A stretch of DNA of 64,000 nt from Yuukianura sp. NJ FZ-2021 (GCA_046563655.1 CM102285.1:7812001-7876000); one strand, 5' to 3'; shown: positions 24,135-38,740, counted from the first letter of the stretch. The notes: a model not told the origin generated them from the sequence alone. Numbers and translations: made by a program.

Positions 24135-27100
24135 TGGTACGTTGCATTCGCCCAGAATGAGACAAAGTTCAAAAAAAAAAATACTAAAAACTTCAGGGTG
24201 TATAGTGCTTTTTGTCCATTTTAGTTTAATAATAATAAGTTAGAAATTTTAATTAAAAAAATTCAAAAGGGCAGGAAAGCGAGAGGGAGAGGAGGGGGGG
24301 CGCCCCAACTTACAACTCAGATTTCGCAGTGTTGCTCCCAGCTACGCAGTAGTATTTTTTAGCAAAAATCTTGTCATTTTTGCATTTAATTGCCGCTATT
24401 TTTCTTTTTATAAGTGATTTTTGGCGCCAACAATAACAGCCCTGGCAAGACTACAAAAACCCTGGTAGAAGGTAGAGAAACTAACGGGTTTTTGGTGTCT
24501 TGCTGTAAAGTACTAATTTTTTCTGTTACAAAGGTTCTACTGACCTTTGACCCTTAAATTCATTAATTTCTTCTGATGACGCTGAAGCCCAAATGCTTCG
24601 TTGATCACATTCTTAGATTGTTCAAATGCATTTCAATTCTTAGCTACCCCACTCAAGCTCAATCAATCAAAGGTCCCCCAGTGGAGACAGATGCAGAAGT
24701 TTTCAATTTTTAAAAAATTCTAAATTTAGCTCAACACCTTCAGGTTAAGATCTCTCTGTTCTTGGTAAATTTTGAAACGGTCGTCAGACGCGCTCCGCTG
24801 CTCTCTTTGACTTCTAAAGCACGTTGTCATTTATTCCGAGCTCATAAAAATCTTGTTCTGTCAAGAGGGACTTGAAGGGTTCTATTATAGAAATTGAATC
24901 AATCTCTAACTCAATTCGACACGCCTCCAAGTGTGTCAACAGGCCACTGCGGAGTTGCTTTTCAGATGACAGTGATGGGTCGCCAGACGTTACAGAATCC
25001 TTGTCACGGCCTTTTGTCAACCTTTAGGTTAGGTTAGGATTAGCTCATCGTTCAAAAGTCATCAATTGATCGCTCGTCTATTAGCTACTTTGCAATGAAG
25101 TTGCCCCGACATTATTGAGTAACCAGAATCAGATCAACACACTTGGTGGGTCCTCATTGCATTTCCATATTCATAAGAAACATTCAATTGACAATTGACA
25201 TTAATCGTCTCTTTTAGTACGTAGCAGATGCAACTCCACCACCGTACCGTAATGCATTCGTAAGTTTCGTAAGTTGTAAGTTGGGATATCGCTGGCCAAA
25301 ATTGGCGTAGACTCAGATTTGTTGTAAAACTGAGAAAATTCGTAACATTTTTGTGGGTGATACCTCATCTTTCACCGAAGTTATATTTTTTTCTTAGAAC
25401 ATTTTTTTTACAATTTTACTAAATTTGATGGCCAAAGATTAGTTATTAGACTTCATAACTTTGCTTCTGTTTTGGATTTGGTTCGGGCATACTCTGTAAT
25501 GTTGTAAGTTACAATTTGTAACTAAATGTCACCTTTCATGTAAAGTTTTGTTATCGAGTTCACGTCCATGTTCCCACGGTGGTTCCAATAGTTTATTCTC
25601 CTGAAACAATTTCCGTTGGGCGGATGACAGTGATCCATTACGTTTGTGCAGGGTGGAATCTGAGAAGATTTGAAGCCATGTCCATGATTCGACACTATAC
25701 CGGAAGCAGGAAATGGATCGTAAAGTTGTGAAGTGAGGCTCATTTGTTAGGATTTGTTGGCAGGAGTGATAGATCCGGGACACGAGGGGACAAAACAAAG
25801 GCCCTTGATCGGTCCATATTGAAACTGTTAAACGAATCTCTTGGCATCGGAAGTTCAATTTTAACCCTTAAGTACAACCGGAACATCCAGTACAAATCTG
25901 AGGCAGAAATTCGAAAAACAATGGAAAGAAAAACTAATTTGTGTTTTCAGAAAATCTAAAACAATCCCCTCCCCGCACGCCCATTTATTTCTTCATCACA
26001 GTTATGTCGAAGCGAAAGGTCAGAAGGTCACCACCACTGCAGGTTAACGTAGAGCCTATGCTAACTAATGCTAGTTCAAAATTAACATGGTCCACAAATC
26101 TAACATGTCTTGACACTCTACTGTTTGACAGGACGTATTGTACATTGATGACTCAACATTTCAGAATCCCGTTTGGAAATTAAGTGAAGGATGGGTGTTC
26201 CAGGAAGAGCACAAGGGAAGATTGGAATTGCAGCATTTTAGTACTTTTTAGTACGAGAGGGTGAGGGTGTCGGTTATTGAAGATGCGGAAGAACAATAAA
26301 GCTGATGATTGTGTTTTGTGTTGTTTCCCAATATCTATAAAACATTCTAAGCTGTAGACTGGGAGTTATGCATCATCCGGGTAATTTCGGAGTGGTGGCT
26401 GCTACTTTACTTTTATTATGAATTATGAAATGATGACCAAGTAAAGAGGCCATCCCATCCTGGATGAGTTATTAAAGGGATGCGTCCAAGGGAGACCAGG
26501 TGAATGGATGATTGCTTGCTTCCATTTTCACCTGGTCCACGCCCAAAATGATAACTGACTCTATAAGCCAGAATACATTGTGTACTGGACCAGCATCCAA
26601 CCACCACTTCCACAAGTACTGGAATTGTACTGGCAAAACACACGCTTATTCATTTTCATCACATCCTCCCCCATTTGCACCCACACGCTCCACGCAACGA
26701 AACACAAAACAACTTTTCACTTTCACCCTCTCCAACAGTTCATCCCTCTCTCTTTTTCAAATTGATCAAAATTATTAGGGCAAGTATAATTTTTAAAACA
26801 AAAACTCAAAAAACTTTTTTTTTCAAATTGCAATGAGCAATGGTAAAAATGAGGGATGTAGTTGATCCTAAATTATTTCTTAATGCCACTACACAGTGTA
26901 GAGTTAAACAAATTGAGGGGGAACGAAACCACAGAGATCCGTTTCATCCCTTAACAATTTTCATTAATTTTAAGATGTTAAGCAAATGTAGTAGAACCAA
27001 AATCTCCGGATCGGAAGTTGTGTCTCTGTGTATGACTAATTGGTATTACTAAAGTTTGAAATTGAAACCTCATCATAAATTCTGAGCAGATCCAATTGCG

Positions 27101-29182
27101 ATCCAATTCAGAATTGGTAGGATTCTTTTGTGGCTTTTCTCAACTTCCGGTTACTCGTGTACAATAACCGATTCCCATGTTTTTGGAAGCACCAAAACCG
27201 CGATGACAGAGAAGCCATATTATTGTAAGCCATTGACATCTGGCCCAGCATGCAGCAGCAGTAGTAGTAGCATACCAAGTATTGTTTTGAATTCTGAAGA
27301 TGCATACTGTTTGAGAGACAGGGGTCAGGGTGCAGTGACACTGACATTCCGTGACACAAGACACTTTTTAATTATGCTGGCTTTCTGGTTCAGTTTCAAT
27401 TCCAGTTGCAGATGGTTCCTGATGATGATGGGGATGCATTTGAATTGTGTTCAAGTGTTGAAACTAATTGATTCAAATTTAGATGAAAGCAAATGTAAAT
27501 GAAAGTGGTGGAATCGGATGTAGCAAATTAGCATGGTTTTCAATCAAGAAAAACCAAAGTGAAAGCGTCATTTGTTGTGTTGCAGAGGGGAAAGTAAAAT
27601 AAAATGAACGCAGCAGGCAACTACATTTTAGAATAAATAAAACATCAACAGGAATTTAAAAAAAAAGTTTTAGTACTAACATTAATTAAGCAGGTTATGT
27701 TAGGCTAACCCTAACCAATTAGAAAGAGCTATTGTAAATATTATTGATTATCTATCACAAATGCTTAAATGTCTAGCGGCTTAATTCTAACTGCCACACT
27801 TCCACTATAATCCACTGGAAAAAAAACTTCTAGTTCCGACTGGACGGAGCTTGGTTAGAAGAAGTTTAGAAATTATGCCCGAAATTAAAAAAAATATTAA
27901 AATTAAATTCAAATCCAGGGTGTAAAACTGTGCCCTTGTGGATTCCTCCATTTCGTCCATTTCTTCCAGTGGACATATAGCCGTGGATGAAATGTCGGAA
28001 AAGTGGCCACGATGTACTATATCGATACACAAACACAATTAAGTATCAAGCAATACTGGAAATCACTGAAACTGTCAACTTAAATTATGAGTTAATCAGA
28101 ATTCCCTATTGTCCTGAAATGTGGTAGCTGGCAAAATTGTCTGTATGAAGATTAGCTTTGCTGTGCATTGTTTTCGAGCTAAACCAATTTTTTGAAACTT
28201 TTTGAACATAATTTTTCCCGTATGAGTTTTCCGAAATTCTATTTCGAAGAGGCATTTTTGAAACTGCAAGCTAAAACAAAGATAACGGTACATTATGAGA
28301 CTAAAATGTTGCGACACAGAGTTCAGTACCCCCTGGGGTCAACGTCTCCAGTGGAATGTTTTTTTACGTTCGGATCGTCCGATCCTCCAACTTCACTGCC
28401 CCCGAATTCCTGCGGTGGTGGGGACAAGTCCCGTCCGAAATTCGGAGTTCAACGTCCTCCTCCAGCCAACAACGTACGACACTTTTGCTGCTAAACGTCA
28501 ACTCCAAGCAGTCTAGACTTGACTCGGGGGTGGGTGCGGGTCTGGAAGTGTCCAAATTGCCTCAAATGTCAAGTTCATTCCCCCACATGCCTATTTCAAC
28601 GGCCAACAGTTGTCAACTTTTTGGAGGGAAAGATAAGCATAGACTGTGTGTTAACGGACAGCCTCTTTCCCTCTCCTACCCGCCACTGCCAACGGACCTC
28701 TCTCAAAAAATACACACAAACAATCCAGGAGAAGCCTCATACGTCATACCCCAGCACTGCTCCACACAAACACCAAGTCCTCCGAGCACTTCATTCCATC
28801 CCTAGACGTCCGTCCATACGGTAGTACCCTCTCCTTAAGTCAACACTGGATTCAAATAACATACGTTTAATCAACGCAAGTCACTTGACGTCGTCATTCC
28901 TTCGTTTTCCTGGTAAGACGCTTATGGACCCGCCCTTTCTATACAGCAGTACAGTTTTTTTTAATGTAGACAATTTAATATAATTGTATTTAACATTTTG
29001 CGGGTGGTTTTTAATTTATTATGTAATTCATATTCGCTAGATCGTTCATAAATCGTTAGATTATTGCCTGTGTGAATTTTAACTTATTCTGATTAATTTC
29101 TTTAATTAATTCTAAAACTGATTTGTTCTGTTGTTTTCAGGATTGACGTCTCTTTTTAATAACGAACTGACTGACCCGTAGC

Positions 29183-32100
29183 ATGAGCCACGGTGATACT
29201 TTTAATTCAAGTAACTCATCTCAGGACCTTTTACAACAAAGACTGAACGAAACAATGACCATGACGACTTCACCGCTTGTTGGTCCACCACCAAGGTCTG
29301 CTCGCAAGATTCTTTTTGGCTACCCAGATCCTGACCTTCCTTGTGCCGTTCTGGCAAGTCTGACTCAACGCAACTGGGCAGGATTCTGCGACAAATGGAA
29401 CGTGGATCCAGTCAATGGTCGTCCAAGGAAGACAGATTCAAGTGCACAGGCAGAAGTCAAACCAGCCTACGACTGGTCTTTGGTCGCTACGAATGATCCA
29501 GAAATTATTGCTGCTGAATCCGAGTCTTCTGGATGCTCCGAGGAGAAGCAGTCCATGATTACGTCTGTCACTGTTCAAATGGACATTGCCATGGCAGCTG
29601 TCACCGCAGGATCCTCTTCCTCACAGTCATTGATGAAGTCAGCGGAAGCCAATCAGGTCAAGAGTTCACTTGCTATTGCTGGGCCTAGTGGATCTACGGA
29701 ACGTATACGCAATAAGAGCCCAATTTCACCACCATCAGCGGGTGCAAAACGCTTCTGCAGCGGCATCTCATCTCCTGGTGGCCGACAACGTGCAATCACA
29801 GGTACTGATTTTTCTAATACTTTCTGTCCCATCCCAGTACAAATAAAGATTTTCTTTACTCTTGACGAAGGACAAGGTCACTTTCTCACTTTCACCGCCT
29901 TCTATAGCCTAAATAGTGGTTATGTTTAACATTATGTAATCTTGATTCGTTGATTCATTATAGATTTTAATCTATTCTTTCCTGTGACATTTTTGTATGC
30001 TTTTAGCATTCCGAAACTGAAACAAAATTGTGAAAGTCATTTTAAGAGATTTCATGGTGGGGCGGGGTGGGTGGATAAGGGACATGTGCGTATCCTATTG
30101 TTTTTGTAGTTTAAATCTCTACCATAGGGGCTGGGGCGGTTAGGAATCTCGCGTAACAAAATTAACTTCTCGGATCCCTTGATGGAGTGGTATTTTTTCT
30201 CAAGGGAACCCAAATCCCTTTAAATCCTGATTTCAAGGGTATGTAAGTACCCTTTACACACACTCAGACGTTATGTAGACGCACAAAAAAGCAGACAAGA
30301 GCCAGACTTCAAAGTCATCTATGGTGGCCCCAGAGTGCCAATGCTGTTTTTCCCATTTTGTAATTCAAAAAGCATTTTCAAATGCATTTTCAATTGCATT
30401 TCATTTTAAAAAGCATTTTCAAAAGCATTTACAAAAGCATTTTCAATTACATTTCATTTTAAAAAGCATTTTCAAATGCATTTTCAATTGCATTTCATTT
30501 TAAAAAGCATTTTCAATTGCATTTCATTTTAAAAAGCATTTTCAATTGCATTTCATTTCAAAAAGCATTTTCAATTGCATTTCGTTTCAAAAAGCATTTT
30601 CAATTGCATTTCATTTCAAAAAGCATTTTCAATTGCATTTCAATTTCAATTTCAAAATGAAAATGCACTTGGCCCTTCTGGGCTCCTAATTCAAATTCAA
30701 TTTGAAAATGAAAATGCATTTGGCCCTTCTGGGCTCCTTATTCAAAAAGTGCGCCTCCTGCATACCATGTGACTTTTTTGTGTCTGAAAGTGGAAAAGTC
30801 TTGAGTTCCTATAGACACCACGAGTGCCAGTTCACAAATGGGCACATATGCCAAATCTCAAGTTATCGAATGTTTTGTTAATTTTAAGTTTGTATTCTAA
30901 TTATCTATTCATTTAAATATTAATTATTCATTTGAATATTAATATAATATACGGTGGTGATATACGTTCTACTACAATGTTTCGATTAAGTTGATCCTGT
31001 TATTTACACATGGTTACTGAAATGTCATAAATCTCTACATTGTAATAAAAATTCATAATTAAATTCATTGTAAACTCATTCCGAAGCGCAAATTCATTTG
31101 TTTTCAATTGGCCATTGACTGCGTTTAGAAAGTCCAACGGACGTAGCTTAGGACATTGGGCATATGAAAAGATAATAATTCTCAAAGTTAACGATTTCTC
31201 AAAAACGAAAGGTCAGAATTTGATGACGTGATGCAGGGGCGGTGTTGGCTTATTGTAGTACCTACACAATAAATTTCAGCTTTCCGACATCTCAACTCTA
31301 ATTTTCCAATAAAGTGAAATCCTTTTGTAGGATAACTTAGGTTATTTTGTTTTAGTTAACCCTAACCTTACTTGCCTGCCCTAACTAAACGAAAAGTCAG
31401 ATTTTCATGTAACTTTTGGGGTATAATTATTAAAGTGCTTAGAGTATCCCCTTTAATTTACAGCTTCGCCACAAGTCGGTTTCTTGGTGAAATGTTGGTG
31501 GAGATAGTGAGTCGACGATTTAGCCGAAGCCCGGGCACTAGCCTGGTTTGTTTGTGTGTTAAATTTTCAATATTGAATTTGATTGATAAAAAATTGAAGT
31601 AAACTTGCTTAGTAAAATGAACGCCGTATTTAATTACCTATCTACACCCACCGCTCCCCAAAGACCGCCTTGTGGCGAAGCTGTAAATTCAAGGGGACAG
31701 TCTAATCAGTTTTATCATTATACCCATGAAGTTTAATCAATTTCTGACTTGTCGTTTTTCAGAAATCGTTAACTTTGAGAATTATTTTCTTAACGAAGTC
31801 CATCGTCGACTCACTATCTCCACCAACATTTCACCAAGAAACCGACTTGTGGCGAAGCTGTAAATTAAAGGGGATACTCTAAGCACTTTAATAATTATAC
31901 CCCAAAAGTTACATGAAAATCTGACTTTTCGTTTAGTTAGGGCAGGCAAGTAAGGTTAGGGTTAACTAAAACAAAATAACCTAAGTTATCCTACAGGAGG
32001 ATTTCACTTTATTGGAAAATTAGAGTTGAGATGTCGGAAAGCTGAAATTTATTGTGTAGGTACTACAATAAGCAACAACCGCCCCTGCATCACGTCATCA

Positions 32101-33664
32101 AATTCTGACCTTTCGTTTTTGTGAAATCGTCAACTTTGAGAATTATTATCTTTTCATATGCCCAATGTCCTAAGCTACGTCCGTTGGACTTTCTAAACGC
32201 AGTCAAACGCCAATTAAAAACAAATGAATTTGCGCTTCGGAATGAGTTTACAATAAATTTAATTATGAATTTTTATTACAATGTAGAGATTTATGAAATT
32301 TCAGTAACCATGTGTACATAACACGATCAACTTAATCGAAACATTGCAGTAGAACGTATATCACCACCGTAGATTATATTAATATTCAAATGAATAATTT
32401 AAATGAATATTTAAATGAATAAATAATTAGAATACAAACTTAAAATTAACAAAACATTCGATAACTTGAGATTTGGCATATGTGCCCATTTGTGAACTGG
32501 CACTCGTGGTGTCTATAGGAACTCAAGACTTTTCCGCTTTCAGACACAAAAAAGTCACATGGTATGCAGGCGGCGCACTTTTTGAATAAGGAGCCCAGAA
32601 GGGCCAAATGCATTTTCATTTTCAAATTGAATTTGAATTAGGAGCCCAGAAGGGCCAAGTGCATTTTCATTTTGAAATTGAAATTGAAATGCAATTGAAA
32701 ATGCTTTTTGAAATGAAATGCAATTGAAAATGCTTTTTGAAACGAAATGCAATTGAAAATGCTTTTTGAAATGAAATGCAATTGAAAATGCTTTTTAAAA
32801 TGAAATGCAATTGACAATGCTTTTAAAATGAAATGCAATTGAAAATGCATTTGAAAATGCTTTTGAAAAGGAAATGCAATTGAAAATGCATTTGAAAATG
32901 CTTTTGAAAAGGAAATGAAATTGAAAATGCATTTGAAAATGCTTTTGAAAACGAAATGCAATTGAAAATGCATTTGAAAATGCTTTTGAAAACGAAATGC
33001 AATTGAAAATACAAATGAAAATGCTTTTTGAATTACAAAATGAGAAAAACAGCATTGGCACTCTGGGGCCACCATAGTCATCCTTGTTTTCGATCCAAAG
33101 GGCTAAAGTAAAGCAGCCAACATTTTCAGACATCTTTCAGCTTTTCAGACTCATGTCTCGTTCGCATCTTGCTCAGATTCGGGAGACGCTTTAATTATTT
33201 AAACTTCCCCCGCCGCACGCAGCTCGTCTATTATGTGTTGAAAGTGATGGGGTTGATGGCTCATAAAAGAAGCACAATAGATTTTGGCATCTCCCAAAGT
33301 ATCTTCCATCACTTGTCACTTCTCTTATCTTTGAACTTAAATGACACTTTGACACTGGCGAGTATCTATTTAAGCTCACTCCAAAATATTTTGACTTCTC
33401 CTCAGCAGTCTATTAGGTCCGAATCTTTCAAATCATTCAATGGCACAGGAAAAGCCTAGTTTAAATACACTTTTTGAGATTATTTTGACCTATTCAATTA
33501 TTCGACACTAATCATTCCGTTGTTTGTGTAACAATTTAGATTACTTGAAGGAAAAGAAGGCCCTGCCTACTCCCATATGCAAGCCAGCAGAGGACAAGAC
33601 TGCACCAGCATCAGCAGTTCCAGGAAGTTTGACGGCAGAAGAGCCGGGCAAATGCAATGAGTGA
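29183..33664 (+). CDS. dap: Cip/Kip cyclin-dependent kinase inhibitor (dacapo/p21/p27-like)
   Basis: Exons 29183-29801 and 33540-33664. CDI motifs ARKILFG...DKWNVDPVNGRP...YDW; splicing creates RQRAITDYLKEKK (PIP degron). A probable non-coding first exon ends at about 28912. Confidence 0.85.
30320..33076. mobile_element. Foldback element or large inverted repeat in the CKI intron
   Basis: Arms 30320-31519 and 31802-33076 are near-identical reverse complements; flanking direct repeat GTCATC at 30314-30319 and 33077-33082; internal GCATTTTCAATTGCATTTCA satellite. Confidence 0.9.
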
Positions 33665-36600
33665 CCTCTTGACCCTCCTTTGTTCCTTGTGAGTGCTGAC
33701 TGTCCACGATCACGCTCCAAACATTTTTTAAGCTGAAAAGGGATATTGGTAGGGACAAGTGTTTAGTCAAATGTAAACAATCTGAACAGAGCATAATAAA
33801 TATTAATATAAATATAACAATTAACAATAAGGGGAAAGTCTTTAATAGAAGTAATTTGCCAAAGTCAGCTTACTTTTCCCTTGATTTCGTTAACATTCTA
33901 ATGCTATTCTTCTAATTGTCAAACTTTTCCCAAGATGGACAAGAAAAGCAGTTGGAAGTTCTAAAACGTTCGTGTGTTAAGTAGTTTTTGTAGTTTAGTA
34001 TTTTTTCAATCCAATATTTTCTAGTCTTACAAGAAAACAGTTACAAAGTCAAGTCAGCTCTTCTTCATTATTAATTTTACAGTTAACAGTAATATGTACT
34101 ATAGAAATTTAAACTAAAAGTTAATCTAGATTGTGTGAAGTCCAGCTCTTAATATGCTAAATAGAAATAAGTTCAGCGTCTAGTGTGGTAAGGCCTACTC
34201 ATTACTTTGTAACAGTTAACATTTCACCTTATGTTTTCGTGTTTTCTTAAAGTTTATAAATAAAATGGAGGTGGGTTTAAAAAAATAAAACAATGGGTAA
34301 ATTTTTGTTTTAAGAAAAACTAAGTTTTAAAAAAATTCGAAATACAATGGAATTCCAGTTCTGAGTTTGCTGAAGACAAAGGGCCCGTTTCCGGCTAGAG
34401 ATGAGCCTCAAACTATTTTTTAATGCAGAACCGTGATTTTGGACTTGAATGTTTTTTGACTGTTGATGTTGAGGGTTTGGCCCTGGACCAAGGAAGCAGT
34501 TCCTTCAGGGATGAGCAATCAAGCTTCAATCCTGCCTCAGCATTTCCAAGTCCCCTTGCAGGGCTCCATCCAACTGGGCACTGATTTTCGGATGAGGAAA
34601 CATAATTCCTGAGGGACTTCGTGCTGGATTTGGAGTCATTTGTAACATCAATCTAAAATTCAAGGGACTTTTAATGTAATTTAGCTTTAATGGAAAGTTT
34701 TTAAGGGCCCCTGCTCCAGGACCTGATTTCCTATTGTTGTCGTCCATTGCCAATGTTTTAACCCCTTCTTTCTGCTCAGTTGAGTGTCCCATTGTTGTTG
34801 TAGTAGCATTGTGTGTGAAGGGCCCCAAAGTCCCTACAACCAACAACAACAAAACAGGTACAATTGTTAAAAATCTCAACGGATCACGATTTTTTATCCC
34901 AGTAATGCGTAAGAATGCCCTTCGGGAGAAATTCTCAAACTTCGTTTTGGCATCTGTCGTCCTGCAATGCAAACGCATCGGTTGTAACAACGTTTTCCAC
35001 TTGATATTCACCAACGGACAACGGATTTGGTTGATTTGGAATATTTGAGAACAGTTTTGAGTTTCCAGAAAACTTCTTTTTTTTTTAAATAGAAAAAATG
35101 CTGGAAAATTTTAACGATTTGCTTTTCCATCTCCAAGGTCATCTTGGAATTCTTGAAAATTGGGAGCCCTTTGGAATTTCAAATTCATCTGTACAATGGC
35201 TACATTTTGAAATTGCATATAATTTGGAGAGACAAAGAGTTGTAATCAGAGGGGGGACTCAAGGGCCCATTGTCTGTAAATAATTGTTTTAGAGGACATT
35301 TAGACGGGACAGGAGCTTTTAGAAAGCGTGAGCACTTCGAGTCTTCAAATCGTGCGTTATACCGAAGGGGTCCTCACATTTTTCAAAAGTTATTATTAAG
35401 GCTACTTAGATGACTTTAAAAACCAAAGGTTTATCACCATAAAGCATACGAATGATACAGAGATATAAGGATTCTTAAAGTTCCTGTTCCGAAGCATTTT
35501 AGATTTTTAGAATTTGAAGTCTCCCTTGGCTGGTCATGTAGTTCCTCACGTCTGGTCATGTCCAAGTCCATGTCTAAGTCGTGAAACGTCTCGAAGTAAT
35601 TTGATCCTTTCCCTAATAAAAAGGTAGGAGAATGAGCCCTTAAATGTCATTTTGAGGATTTGGAAGGGATGCTGCTGGGGGTACTTAAGTCTAAGGCGAG
35701 AGTGATATCTTCTAACGGTGTAGGGTTGTGGAAGAAGATTACCAGTAATCACGAACTGGCATGACATGTCTACATGTCTCGAAGCGTCCCGCTGAAAGTA
35801 ATTCTTGAGTTTCAAGGGTCCCTTGGTATATTTATTCTTGGCCCAAGTTTCAAGTGTCGGGTGACATGTCTCTTAATACTAATCTCCTTCATCAATTCTC
35901 AAATGTTAAGGTTAAGCACACGAGACGTAGGTGACATATACGAAGCGTCGTTGTTGTAGGTAGATTGGTACACGGCCCGAGAATGGAATGTTGCGCAAGC
36001 GTAATGAAAATTCTTGGTCAGGGCTTGTACTATAAATACCGCCCGCCGTGATGCCAGTTCCGTGCGTCCATTTTTTGATTTTTTTTTATAAATGTTTAGA
36101 AGAATTTTAGGCACTTACTTAATCCAATTGAAACTAATTCAAGGCACGAGATCTGATTTTTTCCTTAATTTATTTCAATGTCGTAACCTTAGACGTTGGA
36201 GCCCTTAAAGGGTTCGGGGAGAACAAAAGCCTTATGAAAAATGACACTGCTGGAATTCCCGATGAATAAAAAACGTTTATCTGTCTAAATTAGGAAACGG
36301 CGACCACCGCTGTTCCAGTTTTGTAAAAATTAGGCCCAATTGTAGGATGGAACTTTATTAAATTGACCCCCTGACTTGCCGAATGCAGAGACATGATGAT
36401 CGTAAAGGATGACAAATAGTGGGTCCTTTGTAGGGCGTGTTATAAAAATGGGCCTTCCTTTGTGTACCCTTGAGTTTGAGGCATTGTGTGCTCCGTTGAC
36501 ATATCCAAGCGGTGTCTTCTGTCGTAGTATTGAACTTGTAAAGTGACTCTTCAAGGGTGGTAAATTGTTCATAATTGAAAGTGACTGGACTGGGCTGGAC

Positions 36601-38740
36601 GGGACTTGAAGGGACAATAGAGGCCCTTGGCGTGTTCTGCATTTTGATCAGTTAATATTCAGAACATCTGGATCTGGACTGTTTCTAAGGGCTTAAGAAT
36701 TTTCAAGCATACGTAGCCAAGTATTCATTGATCATGTTGATGACCGTACAGTGACGAAAAGTGAAGTGGTCCAGATTTTAAAGCAGGATGAAGTGCTGAA
36801 GCAGATGATCTGGTTTTGAAGGAATGGAAGTTGACCAATTGATTCAAATTTGAATAATCTCGCCTCAAGGGCTCCTTTAATTCGGCTTGACTTTCTTTTT
36901 AGCTTGCATTTGGAGTGGAAAGTCCAACTCCAGAATGCAGTGGAGCAGATCAATCCAAAGTCAAGGGTCACATTGTCAAGGGCCCTTGGTACCTTAGTAT
37001 TTTGTATTTTTTGAACTGAAATTGCTTCAGGAGTTTTAAAACGCCAGATTTTCTTAAACGCAGAAGCAAAAGATTCAAGTTTGGTTTTTCGATGACGAGA
37101 GACCAAAAATTTTTCAATCTACAAACCCGAATTTACTTATTTGGGTACTTAAGTATTGTAGATTTTGTTTAATTTTAAGGTAACTCTGTCCGTTGGTTAC
37201 GTAATCCATGACAAACGAGTGTTACAAGCGTCGCGTGTTATGCAAATAGCCAAAATCATTTGTAACAATAGTTTTGGTAGTACTGCGTTCCCTTTGTCGT
37301 GGGGCCCTTTGTCACCGGATCCGAAAATAAACAAGAGCAATCTTTGACATAGTGCACATGAGAGACAATGAAATAGGAAGTAATTTGATAATTTAGCATT
37401 TTCCAAGGGGTCCTTGCGTGTTTCAATCTCCTATGTCAATTTGACAAAGTTGGAAAAGCAACAACCTCGAAGGGCCCAACGGCCCTTCCCAGATGCTCAC
37501 AGACTCTGTCATCTGTTGGATCAACTGGACCATGTCAGCGTCACCCTGTCACTCCCTCCGTCGTCATCGTCAAACAGGACCCTACTCAACTACGAACGAG
37601 GACCCTTAAAAAGGCTTTTCCTCATCGCTTCAAGCTTTAAGTGACTCCAAGTCCACTTACTACATGAAATCCTCAGGAGTATCCGATTTCAAGTAACAAA
37701 TTGAATACATCTGGGGAAAAGGGAACAAGGAAGGCTTGGGGCCCTTTGGGTACTTTTAGTGCTGAGAGATTTCGAAATTTGTGATTGGTCTAAAAAACTA
37801 GTATAAATGGTAGGCTAGGCTGCCACAATTTAATAAAATATAACATATTATATTGTTTTTGAATTTTGTTTTATGATATTGTTTATTTGTAACATTCGTA
37901 TTTATTCGTAATTATTGTACAATTTAAAATATTGTTTCTGAATTGACCTTTTGAAATTTTGGCGTCAACATCAGCGTTTTGTTGGAGCGTGTTCAGCTGG
38001 AAGTGATGAATTTGTTTTGAGTTTCGACAATAATGGAGAAAATTCTTTTGTTCTTCAATCTGCCTACCACATCTTCATTCCTTTCTATTTCGTTGGAAGC
38101 AAATGTTAGCAACAAAAGGGAAATGGTGTTTATTATTTACAGATTGCGTAAAAAGGGCGCTGTTTTGATCATCAATCGCTGAATTGCAGTTCTGCCACAC
38201 AAGCAGATTTTCCTTCTAAAAGATCAACGCCATTGAACTGTAGATTATAGTCACAGAGATCAGAATCTTGTCTTTACTAACCACCAAGCAAAATCATTCA
38301 AAATTACAAAAATCGACAGTTCAACAAAAGAACTAAAATTCAATGAGCACCAAAAACTGACGCTTTTAGGCTTTGTGTTTTCTACAATGTTTTCTCAGTA
38401 GTTTTTAGTAAAACATTAATCGAACGCCTGCAGATAGAAATGTTCCAGAAAAAATTACCCGGGTTCCTTCCTTACGAAAAGCGGAACTAACGATTTTAGA
38501 ATTTTTATTTTTACGTATCGTTTCGCCAGGATGAATTTCACTTTATTTCAGGCATATTCATTCATAACGCAACACAATTTCCAAAGAAAGAAGAAAAAAC
38601 AAAAACAAAAGTTATTGACAACCGAAATCGCAAAAAAAGCATTTTTCATCATTTTCACTTTTCAGCATTTCCTATTTTCACGAAAAGATTTTGTCCTTAG
38701 CAAAACCAATTAACATTCATAAGACATTACCCGAGTTGCA

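Noticed and set aside
25024..25045. TTAGG repeats as interstitial telomere
   Set aside because: Only 3-4 units; similar AACCT motifs are scattered through MITEs here.
28020..28027. DRE-like TATCGATA upstream of the CKI
   Set aside because: A single 8-mer about 800 bp from the probable first exon; another occurs in a 3' region near 47986; compatible with chance.
24200..28850. Many short ORFs of 60-150 aa
   Set aside because: No recognisable domains or consistent splice chain; probably intergenic or regulatory DNA upstream of the CKI.
30321..33133. ORFs with KHFQ/KAFS repeats
   Set aside because: Satellite translations within the foldback arms.
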